Shown in pieces: positions 25,900 through 38,584 of a DNA stretch of 64,000 nucleotides. Location of the stretch: assembly GCA_021613535.1 (NCBI GenBank), contig CP075496.1:1798001-1862000 (forward strand), written 5' to 3'. A model generated the notes under the pieces. It worked only from the letters and a program-made list of their open reading frames with translations, did not search any database and was not told the origin of the DNA. The first letter of the stretch is position 1, and each line of letters begins with the position of its first letter. This DNA is from Adineta vaga. Taxonomy: Eukaryota > Animalia > Rotifera. Position numbers and translations under genes: made by a program.

Positions 25900-26616
25900 A
25901 TGGGCCCCAAATTCGATCCAACAGCTGTATATGAAAGTATAATATTGATTTGAATCAATTTCAAATAGACTATTTTCATGATTCCTAGTTATGGTTCGTG
26001 TCACTGGTGGTGAAGCACCAGGTGGTTCATCTTTAGCTCCTAAAATTGGTCCTCTTGGTCTTGTAAGTCTTTCACATATTCGACGTTGATTAATCATTGA
26101 TTTTCTTTCATTAAATAGTCTCCAAAGAAGGTTGGTGATGATATTGCTAAAGCAACAGGTGATTGGAAAGGCATGCGTGTTACAGTGAAATTAACTGTTC
26201 AAAATCGTAATGCTAAAATCGATGTTATTCCATCAGCATCATCGCTTGTTATCAAAGCACTTAAGGAACCACCACGTGATCGTAAGAAACAAAAGAATAG
26301 TAAGTAATCAATTAATTGAAACTATTTTTCATTCATATTAATCGATCTTTCATTTAGTTAAACATGATGGTAATATTTCACTCGATGAAATCTACAAAAT
26401 CGCTCGAGTTATGCGAGTACGTTCATTAGCTAAAACATTCGATGGAACTGTTAAAGAAATTCTTGGTAAATCATTGAAATTTTGATCTATTAATTATCTG
26501 AATTTTTTATTGTTATAGGCACAGCTCAATCTGTCGGTTGTAAAGTTGAAGGTTCACATCCTCATGATATTATCGAGCAAATAAATAACGGTCGAGTCGA
26601 TGTACCACGCGAGTAA
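25900..26616 (+). CDS. RPL12: 60S ribosomal protein L12 (uL11), 5 exons
   Basis: MAPKFDP...[23 protein letters not shown]|[18 protein letters not shown]...[13 protein letters not shown]...[15 protein letters not shown]. Confidence 0.97.
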
Positions 26617-27065
26617 ATGACATAAAAAAGAAAAACAAACATCCGAACGTTGTTGCCTTTTTTTTCATAAAGAAGAAAAAAATAAATCAATAAATAAGAA
26701 GACATAGATCATTCTTAACTGGATAATGTCATGACAGTTTTACTCATCAAATTCCGTACTTTTGATTGAAATTCAATGCATGACTTTTAAAACCTGAGTC
26801 ATACAATTACTATAATAAGATTGTTATTTACGTATTTTTATATGTTAATTAATATGTCAACATATTATTAGCTTATTAATTGGATTTTGATAGAATATCG
26901 AACAGATTTGTCAAAGTCAGAAAGGCTGAAAAACCAACGTTTTAGTTTTTATTTTCTCTACACGTTGAATCTAAATTGATATCTTAGAAGTTGATTAGAA
27001 TTATCAAAGATCATTCTATTCGATCGATAATATGTTTATTTTATTCAAAAACAATGATTGAATTA

Positions 27066-28500
<1,435 letters not shown>

Positions 28501-28692
28501 TTTTGATCTTTACGTTTTTTTTTCTTTCAATCTAAAAAACCACGGTGAAGATATGGATTTTTCTCTTGAGGGAAAGGACAGAATGGGACATTTGTTTTCT
28601 TTTTTGTCTACATATACATCAATCAATCAAAAAAAGAAGAGAAAGAGAAAGAAAGGAGAAAAACATTTGTCTTTGAAATTGTATGTTGAAAA

Positions 28693-29672
28693 TCACCAAC
28701 GTGTTTTAACTGATGTTTCAATATATTCTTTATATCTCGCATTCTTAAGTTGAGTTTGAAATCTAGCAACACGTTCTTCATATGTTGGTTCTAAAAAGAA
28801 ATATCCACGATTCCAATGATGAATATCCGACCATCCACCAAGTACGCCTCTTTTCGTCGCATAACCTGCATGAGCAGCATTGTAAAGACCTGCTGATACA
28901 CCACCAAGAATATAAGCAAGTGGAATTGATACACCAACAAAACGCGTATTTCGAATCCACATTGCTGAAACAATCACACCTGTTAAAGCACCAACAAGTG
29001 CTGCATCAATATCGCGACCAATTTCGGTATCTGGATAACCACGTAGAGCACGAACTACAGGCCATGAACCACAATAGATGAGACATGATGCAGTAAAAAA
29101 AGCACATGGACGAAGTGCACGAAATATCGCCGCATTTCGAGGAATTTGATAACGCGTACGAAGATTTCCATAAGAAACTAAAATTAAAAAATTAATCAAG
29201 AAAATTCGTTTTCTTTATGAAATTCGTCTTACGAGCATAAATAAGTATTGATCCTTTCAAACCAAAACCAAGACCTGCAGCTACTCGTTGAGGAATTGGT
29301 GCATCAACATCGAGTGACCACATGCCTGTTGATGTAAACTCTTTCAATGATTCCCATCCATTATCACTCCAGAAAAATCGTGTTGCAATACGTGTTGGTG
29401 CCCATCGATAATAATGCCAATAATAATCATAACTGAAAGAAAACGAATACAATATTTGTATATAAATCAAATAGACATAGTTAATAATCGTACAATTCTT
29501 TAAATTTTTCAAGAATAAATCCACCAGATGCACGTTGTGGTTGATTTGGTAAACGAATTGGATAAGAACCTGTTGTTTGTGTGAATTCACTGCTACCAAC
29601 TAGTTCATTTGCTGGTCGATTACTCGATGGTAACGAGTTCTTATCATCTTTCGATTTTTTATCGTCAGGCAT
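28693..29672 (-). CDS. Tim17/Tim22/NDUFA11-family mitochondrial membrane protein, 3 exons
   Basis: About four small-residue-rich TM segments. RALRGYPD....DIDAALVGALTG resembles the Tim17-family (L)RgKdD..N..vaGaltG motif. Introns at ~29433-29486 and ~29178-29231. Confidence 0.5.
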
Positions 29673-29869
29673 GAGTAAAGGAAACGCTAAAGATTCCTTC
29701 GAAATAGCCTTTTTATTTCTCGTTATTGACTAAATCAATCTCTCGATATGTAGAAAATCCTTTCGACCAATTGCAATCAAATGTTACTTTCGATAGAGGC
29801 GCCACATAATTATTCTCAAACGAACGGTACACATTTCCTATTAATCATCATGGATTTTTATTCGTTAGT

Positions 29870-31835
29870 ATGATGACGAGAGCTCTATCTACTTCATTTT
29901 TATCGTTATCACGTTTTCTTGTTCGTCATACATATTTCATAAAACGAACAGTCACTACGACGATGACATCTTCTTCTGAAGAACAAGCTAAAACACAAAT
30001 TCCAATGGAAAAACGGGACGATCTTTTAGCAAAACGTTTTATTGGCTTAGAAAAAAATATTTGGTATTGAATTCTGAACATTCATTGATAATTCAATACT
30101 TCTCATCCATGGTTTTTTCTTCTCTAGGATTGAATTTGCTGCATTAGCTGTTGAACATAAAGCAGTAAATGTAGGACAAGGCTTTATTGACTATGCACCA
30201 CCACAGTATTTAATCGACTTTTATAAAGAAACACTCAATGATCCAAATATACTTTTACATCAATATACACGTGGATTTGTATGTTTCGATGTCAAGTCTA
30301 TTGAAAGTCTAATGTTAGAATTCTCTCGACATTATAGGGTCATCGACGATTAGTTGAAGGAATTGCTAATGTTTACTCACCATTTTTCAATAGAAAAATC
30401 GATCCATTAAACGAAATTCTCATCACCGGTGGTGCTTATCCTTCATTATTCAATGCTTTTCATGGTTTTCTCAATCATGATGATGAAGTAAAGTCTCTTT
30501 CCATCCGAAGAGTTCTACATGAGATAGATCACGAAGATATACTTCGAGTATTTCCATCACCTACAGGTGTTTTTGATTTCTAGGCGATTTTAATTGAACC
30601 ATTTTTTGATTGTTATGAACCGATGGTTCGTTCTGCTGGTGCTATTCCACGATGTATCGCACTGAAACCGGTACTTAATAAATTCTATTTCGATTGACTT
30701 TTACTGGTAGTTTCGATTTTTACTAATATAGACACCCGAATCAACCAAAGCTGAAGTTTCATCAAGTGCCGATTGGGTTCTTGATAAAAAAGAATTAGAA
30801 TCGTTGTTTAACTCTCGCACTCGTCTTATAATTATCAATACACCAAATAATCCAATTGGAAAAGTAAGTTTGAAAGAAAGAAATCTTTAACTTCAGCGAA
30901 CATTTTTTTTGTAAAAAACCAACAACAGGTATTTACATTGGAAGAACTTGAACATATCGCAAGTTTATGTCAAAAATATAATGTTATTTGTGTATCGGAT
31001 GAAGTTTATGAATGGATTACATACGATTCAAATAAGAAACATATTCGCATAGCGACACTACCAAATATGTGGGAAAGAACGATAACAATTGGAAGTGCAG
31101 GAAAAACATTTTCATCAACCGGTTTAAAATTAGGTTGGACAATTGGACCAAAACATCTCATTCGTTCTTGTCAAATTTGTCATCAAGTAACTTTCATTTT
31201 CCTACATTTGTAAAGATTAAATCGAATGATTTCTTATAGGATTGTGTTTATACATGTGCAACTCTTTCACAAGAAGTTGTTGCTCGTTGTTTTGAATATG
31301 AACTTAAACGTTTAAATTCTCCGGAATGTTATTTCAATTCAATTCCATCAGAATTTATTGATAAACGTGATAAACTCGTTCAAGCATTGAAAGAATGTGG
31401 TATGAAACCAATTGTACCTGATGGTGGATATTTTGTTCTTGCTGATTTCAGTCAAATTGGTTTGTTTGAAAGAAAAATATTTGTTCATTTCTTTTCTTTT
31501 TCTAATAGCCGGTGATAAATTCCAATCCGATTCTGAGGCTATGAAAGATTTTAAATTTGTTCGATATTTAACGAAAGAAAAAGTAAGTAGAAACTTGGAT
31601 TTTATCCATCAAAATGAGTGGTTTTGTTTTCTTCTAGCAACTCGCTACTATTCCTGTAAGTGGTTTCTATACGGCAGATCATCGTCATTTGTCGGAAAAC
31701 TATGTCCGATTTTGTTTTGCTAAAGTAAGTTTTCATTGAATTGTAATCTCGTAGAAAATATTTCTTTTTTCTTTATAGAAAGATGAAACTCTCGATAAAG
31801 CCATCGAAATTCTCAAAAAGTTCAAAAAAGAATGA
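29870..31835 (+). CDS. KYAT3: Kynurenine-oxoglutarate transaminase (KYAT1/3, CCBL) with an N-terminal mitochondrial presequence, multi-exon
   Basis: [47 protein letters not shown]-lysine motif [28 protein letters not shown]. Confidence 0.92.
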
Positions 31836-32233
31836 AGAATTTATTCAGCATTTACCAGACGAGAGAAAAGTCAACGAAATCTTTTTTCTTTTATTGTTAG
31901 TCTCTAATTACATTTATAAACTTCCATTTAATTTCTTCCATCTCTTGGAGATGTTACACCTAACTATTTAAATATTCAGTTTAAACATTTATGCGTTCTC
32001 TCAATCAACAAGAACAAAGAAAAAGGATTATCCCGTAATTAGGTCAAAGCAAAAACGTTACTAAAGGTCTGAGAAGAAAATTTTTCATTCATTTCTACGA
32101 GAGATATTAAGAAACTCGTCAGTGATGTTGCAAAATATCAACATTTTCATGATGATATTGTTATTTTTATAAACTATTTGACTCATCTATTCTTCAAGAT
32201 AAGACACTATTTGATATGAGACAAAAATAGAAA

Positions 32234-33558
32234 CTAAAATGCAAATGTATTTTTCTGATATACTGTTCGACAAACAGGACAGTTCGGTGTTGGATCACAA
32301 CAATATTCTTCAAACATTTGCAAACATGTTGCATGAAAAACATGTGTACAACTAAGTAACATTAATGGTCTTTTCGTTGATTGTTGTTCAAATTTCTTTA
32401 CTATTGGTTTTTGTTCAATAGATTTGACTTGTGGAAGTAATTTTTCTAATTTATTTTTCGTTGTTTTCATTGGTTTTTTCACTATTGTTTCAACAATAAC
32501 TGGTTGTAATGCACATTTACATATAGAACATTCCAATTCATTTCGTTGTTTTGCACGTTCTTTTATTTTTCTCCATTCATCTTCATCAATAGTTCGTATT
32601 CGTGCATCGAATGCTTGTCTTATCGCACGTGCTTTCTCAACATTTCGATCTATTTCATTGAATAAATCATTTAAATCAAAATCACATGATGATATAATAC
32701 GATCTGTAATTTGAGATAATTTTTCTTGATAAAATTTTCGACGTAATTTCGTATCATCAGGTATATGTGACATATCTAAACGAAAGTTTTTATACCATTG
32801 CCGAACAATATAACCACGCCATGCAGCTTGAATACGAGCAGCACATTTGGCGCGATGAATATTTGCGCCTTCATATATAATACGTTTTTCATATTGAGAA
32901 CGACGACATAATGGACATGTTCGAAGATCTGTTCCATTGGCATTATGTGAGACAAATTTTTCAAATGTTTGCAAGCAAGCCCGATGAAAAACATGCGAAC
33001 ATGAGAGAAGAACTTGTTGACCAAGTCCAAAATCTTCTTGACAAATTGCACATGGACAATTGGAATCTTGACGATTGTTTGATTGTTGTTTTACTTCATT
33101 CCATGCTGCTTCACTTAGGTGATTACTTGTTTTATTATTCACTTCAATTAATCCAATACGTTCTGCTAATGTTCCTCGTTGTCGATGACTATTTATTGCT
33201 GTTTGAGAATCAGGAATAACATATTCCAGTTCTTCCTTTATCACTGGTTTTGTGATTGCTTGAGTTTGTACCGGTACGGATGCTTTTGTATCTGTCTTTT
33301 TCTTCAGACCAGTATCGACAACTGCATGAATTTGATGTTTTCGAACAGGAGGACGATGACGAATTAAATTCTGAGTAGAAAAACGACTCGGCATACTAAG
33401 ATCAAGATTTCGAGCACGATAATCTTGAATAGCACTACTCATTAATGCTGAACTATAATTTAAATTGATATTATTACTAATTTCTGAAATAAGACCATCG
33501 TGATACATAAAAATGATTTCTTCAAAAAATTTTCTTTACCTCTTCTGTTATTTGCCAT
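32234..33558 (-). CDS. RNF32: RING finger protein 32 (two RING-H2 domains flanking an IQ motif); short first exon MANNRR, intron 33484-33539
   Basis: TLAERIGL, CAICQEDF..QVLLSCSHVFHRACLQTFE..CPLCRR..Y, IQ motif ARIQAAWRGYIVR, second RING LLSCTHVFHATCL..CPVCR. Confidence 0.92.
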
Positions 33559-33943
33559 TAGAATCGTTCAGAAATGATTGACATAGGTAAAGAAGAACTC
33601 ACTTCGTTTACTTCTTTTTCTTTTCTGTCGTTCTTCGTTACTAACCAGCAACGAGAGAGAGAGAGAAAAAACGAGAGAGAAAGAATTTAACAATAACAAC
33701 AACAACAATCAGGTAAGGTATAGTTTTATTCTGAAGAAAAACGAAAGATTAATTATTCTTTCCGATATTATGATTGTAAATAATAAATAAGTTTTTAAAA
33801 TAAAACAAATACATGACGACATCAAATCTGATTGTGTCTGTTGGGTCAATAGAATCTTTCTTTTTTTATTCTGATAATTACATTATTATATAGTACATAT
33901 TTACTTGTAAATGAGGACGAATTTGATACAAAATGAATTTGTC

Positions 33944-33950
33944 TATAAAA
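33944..33950 (+). promoter_or_regulatory. TATA box of the orphan secreted gene
   Basis: TATAAAA 57 nt upstream of the ATG at 34001. Confidence 0.45.
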
Positions 33951-34000
33951 GTAATGATTGACATACAATTTGTCTTCATTTTTATACGATACTATTGACA

Positions 34001-34575
34001 ATGTTAAAATTGATTTTATCGATCATTACTTTAGGATTTCTATTCATTACAAATACGCAATGTCAGACATGGAATGAGACAGGTTATTCGATTGATTTTT
34101 TATTTGTTTGTCAAAAAAAAAGAAGAGATTTATGTAATTAATAGATACATCGGATAATGCAACGATGAACGTTCCTCCGAAACCATTTGTCTATTATGGT
34201 CGTTATCATCAACGAGCACGACTTCGAAGGGAATATTCAGATGAAAATATAACATCAGAACATGAAACTATAGAAACAATTCTTTCAATTCTTCCATTAG
34301 ATCGTATAGGTGCTGTTATTGGTCAACTTATTGCCACAAGTTTCAAAGAAATGCTTCATCCAAATGCTGGCAAAAAGATTCTTCATGTTTTAGAAAATCA
34401 AGCGCCATCATTATTAACATCACTTTTTAATAATATTTATGGTACATTACGTGTTCCAATACGATCATCAACTAATAATCTAACTATCAAAATCAATCAA
34501 AATATTAATAAACCATTGAGTAATAGTTCAAAATTAGTATTATTCAAAGCAATGAAACGTAGAGGAACAAAATAA
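34001..34575 (+). CDS. Orphan secreted proprotein with a furin site, 2 exons (intron 34083-34144)
   Basis: Signal peptide MLKLILSIITLGFLFITNTQC. The in-frame splice joins the 136-aa ORF. RARLRR furin motif; N-glycosylation sequons NET and NAT. Confidence 0.7.
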
Positions 34576-34791
34576 ATTATTCTTACATCTATCTTCTGAT
34601 GTAAAATATAGACTGAATATATGACATATATAAAAGTATTGAAATAAAGATTATTTCTATGAATATTAATCTGAAAATATAAGATAAGGAATTTCACTTG
34701 TTATATATTCTTTGTCTTTATTAAAACTTTTTATCATGCGAAATATTTCTAATCTTAGTCTCAATTCTGTATTTAAATACTCATACCATCT

Positions 34792-34884
34792 TGAGGGTGT
34801 GGGTATGGGCGAAAGTGAGGATATTCTTTTGACCCTCAGACACAACATCACTCAAAAAAACCACGATCTCACACCCACACCCTT
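34792..34884. repeat. Inverted repeat made of telomere-like hexamers (TGAGGG TGTGGG TATGGG ... CTCACA CCCACA CCCT)
   Basis: 34794-34809 is the reverse complement of 34868-34883 at 14 of 16 positions. Confidence 0.75.
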
Positions 34885-36099
34885 CGGAATCAGAAGCATT
34901 CCTCTCGTGCTTTCTTCATCTCCTTGATCGTATAGCATGACGAGATCTTGACCTCGATATCAATATCTAAGAATAATAAATAATCGAATAAAGTCGACAG
35001 GATATTTCTGTGATATCACGACGATAAAATTTTTCAGCTTGATACATATAATTCGCTGGAATAATAAAGATTATACATGAAACTTGAGAAAAAGTTGAAT
35101 TTTTCATATAGTAATAAAAGAAGAACATCAATATTAACAAATCTGTGAAGTTATTTTAAATGTAGAATTTGTCGTACAGACAATATGTTGAAAAAAACAA
35201 GTATTTCCATCATATCAAAATACAATAGAATCTAATGTGAATTGTTTCGAACTCCTTTTCTCTCGCTTAATACATCTAGATTTACTCTGCTTTTTCTTGT
35301 TCTATTGGGAAAATGTTATTTTTTCTAAAGATTTTAGATCTATAGTTAAGCAACTGCATATAGCGTGTCTTGATTTGATGGAGATTGTTGTGTTTTATTT
35401 CTTTCCATTTTCTTTATGAAACGAGTCTTTTTCTGTTAAAATCTATGTTCTTAGCAAATTACAGAAGCACAGTCTTTACACAAGACGACGCATCCGACTG
35501 AATGTGTAACGCAAATAGACCTAGACATATCACCTGGTTTAATGATAATACTGTCGGTATTGATAGTGAAATCAAATCTTTTAATATATGTTGTATTTAG
35601 TTCTTGAGAAAAAAAGTAAATATTTAAAAATATAAGTCTACTATCAACAATTGAATGTGTTGATCGTCACAAGTTATGTTCTTTCATCGCATAGGTATGA
35701 CTTGTTCATTTTGACTTTGTCATAATAATCTACTTTTCATCAAGTATACTGAAAAGAAAAAGTCAATTAAATTTGATGAAGTATTACAGATGCATGAAGT
35801 CTTGAGGTTTAATTGTTAGAATAGATAATATAATGATAATATAAAAGAATCTTTCTTTATTCTCGTTGAATATGAATAGAAAAGACCACTATTCTAATTT
35901 TATCTCTTTCTTTTTCATTTGCTTCTGGTTAGCTGAAGAAAACAGCATAAAGTTTGTTCGCTCGCACTGTCGCTGTTGAATCGTCAGTATAGTATAGTCT
36001 TTGCCCGCATCATCATCATCATCGTCGTCGACGTCGTTGTTCTCTCTCTTTTTTCATTCACACTCAGAAAGAAGCTTTTGTTTTGGTCGGTATAGTGGC

Positions 36100-36340
36100 G
36101 CGTAGTGTGCACGCGTACAAGCAATGGCCTCTATATACGACGGTTTAATGCGGCGACGCCGTCGTCGTCGTTGGTGTCGACCAGTATGAATGAAGGATGG
36201 ATTGGTGGAAAAAGATGATGATGAAGAGAACGAAGCTACTTTCTTCTTTTCCTCTCTCTCATTATATTGTATGGCTATGCCTATATGTGCCAAAGCGCGG
36301 CAACAGTGAAAGGACACATACACATAGTTCTATATAAAAG
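36100..36340 (+). promoter_or_regulatory. GC/CpG-rich promoter of the acidic-protein gene, with a TATA box (TATATAAAAG, 36331-36340), an inverted CCAAT box (~36201) and E2F-like GGCGCG/GCGCGG cores
   Basis: Local GC/CpG enrichment in an AT-rich background, with consensus-like motifs upstream of the ATG at 36577. Confidence 0.5.
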
Positions 36341-36576
36341 CAACGAAGGCAGACGACGACGTACGTGCATCACTACTCGGCAATCGCTGCAAGCATAGCA
36401 CAGACAAGAGAAAAGAGAACGAACGAGAGAAAGGAGAAGAAGAAGAAATAGCTGCTTGTCATATTCTTTCTCTTTCTCTGTGTTGGTCCTATTTTGATTT
36501 GATTCTTCTCTTCTCTCTTCCATCTATTCTCGCATTCACTACTACTGTGTTCCTATCAACCAACTAAACTTAATCA

Positions 36577-37202
36577 ATGGCCGATTCAACTGATGCATTG
36601 TCTTCACCGACAGCTACTGCCACCAAGGGTAAGGACAGATTTTCATATCTACATTTGACAAACATCGAACTTGAAAACAACTCTTTCAATAGGTACAAAA
36701 CGGGAAGCTGAATTGGATGATGTTAGTCCAACTAAATTAAAAGCTTTAAAAGCATCTAAAAATGGTATCAATGGTGATGCACCAACGGTAGTTGATGATG
36801 ATTCATCGAATCATAAAAATGGCAATTATCATGAAGAAGATGATGAAGATGATGATGTAGGTTAAAGGAAGAAAACAAAGGAAAAGAAAAAAATTGGAAA
36901 ATTTTCTTCGATGTATTTTTTTTAGGTAGGCGGTGGAGAAGGTGAAGGTGGTGATTATGATGAAGAAGATGGTTCGGAAGACGATTATGACGAAGAAGAT
37001 GATGGAGAAAATGGTGAAGAGGACGAAGGTAATTAAATCAAATCGAAAAATTAATTTCATTACATGTATTTTCCTTTGTCTCATAGGAGATTCCAAAGCA
37101 TCTGCTGGCAAATCCAATTCTCGAAAAGCAGCCGCTGGTGCCTCAGCTGATAGTGGTGCTGAGGAGAGCGTCGACGATGAAGACGATGATGAACAAGAAT
37201 AA
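36577..37202 (+). CDS. Small, highly acidic disordered protein (prothymosin/parathymosin-like), 4 exons
   Basis: Spliced product MADSTDALSSPTATATK|GTKREAELDDVSPTKLK...EEDDEDDDV|GGGEGEGGDYDEEDG...ENGEEDE|GDSK...DDEDDDEQE*. Introns at 36629-36692, ~36861-36930 and ~37029-37087. Confidence 0.75.
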
Positions 37203-38584
37203 GCTTCAAAATATTTATCAATTTTTTTTTTGTCATTACTAGAAAATGAAAATCCAGCGAATATATTTCGTTTTGTTCATCGAAGCAGACACACATAAGG
37301 AAGCAAAAGAAAATTCTTAGCGAATTTTGTTTACTTTTTTTCTCTGTTGTTCATTTTTTGTTGTTCTTATTATGCCTCCTTCTTGATGTTGTTGTACATT
37401 TCTTCTTGTGTGCCGGTTTCTTGGTCATATACGTGTGTACTTTCTTTTTGTTCTCTTTGCGATTATTTCGCAAAATTCATTCATTCATTCATTCATTGAA
37501 GAATATAGAAAAACAAACAATATAGAACAAACTCGTATATACACATACACAGAACATGAAATATCTGAACATGTAGATGAGAGAGTAAAGGAAATAAGAG
37601 AAAAAGAATATCATGTCTTTGAAGAAGAAAAAGAAGATTTTCAGTTCACATGCCATGGATGATAAATGATTGAGTTTTGTTAATGATCAGCCTAGAGAAA
37701 GAGAGAAAACAATACTATAGTTGAGAGATATGATATATGTAGATAGAAAAACTTGTCGATAGATGTCACTAGAAGTTAATGGCGAAAAAAGAGCAACCCC
37801 TCGAACTAAAACTTAGACTGACAGATTTCTTGTTTCGAAATGAAAAATAACATATTTGTGAACTTTTTTTGACGAAGACGCATGCGTATATCATACGCAA
37901 ATTATCATCACAAATCCAAATCTGAAAAGCGAGAATAGTCATTCAACATAGGTGAAACAGATCATCACAAACACGTTCATTAATTGTTGATTGGAGTGTA
38001 GTTTAATTTAAGTTTTCAGAAAGAAAAATATTGACAGACTTGTTTGGTAGATATTGTACTATCCGATGTTAAATAAATAATTTTCCATTTATAAAGAATC
38101 CAATTTACATTCCAGAAATGAAATCATTGTCTAGACTAGCTCATTATCCCATTTGTTCTATCTTCTTCTTTTGTCAAAATCACCTATTCTAGAGAAAATT
38201 TGCTTGTCATAAATATGCATATTCAATTCCGTGATAATTGTGTGATGATCTGATTCATTCTATGTTGGAAGCTATTTGAAAAGACAAAAGAAAAGCACAG
38301 AAAAAAAAGGAAAAGAAAAGACAAAAAAAGAAGATAAACAAAGACATAAACATAACGACATCAATACACTCGCACATACACAATTTCTTTTTGTTTTTTT
38401 ATTCAAATTGACACAAACGAACGGCAATGAATATCGTCGATATAAAATCGATTATTTTTCTTGACTTGAGAGTTGCTTGGGGAAAACACACACAGATATA
38501 TCTATGTTATTTAGTTGACAAAAGAAAAAAGACGAACGGTATTAATAAATAAATAATCCAAGTTTGGAGGAAATGGTTCACGGT

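Noticed and set aside
34868-34883. CACACCCACACCC as a telomerase RNA template
   Set aside because: It would be sequestered by the complementary G-rich arm upstream, and no pseudoknot or H/ACA context is evident.
36054-36523. Minus-strand ORFs (89 and 80 aa) in the GC-rich region
   Set aside because: They are translations of low-complexity promoter/UTR tracts, with no protein features.
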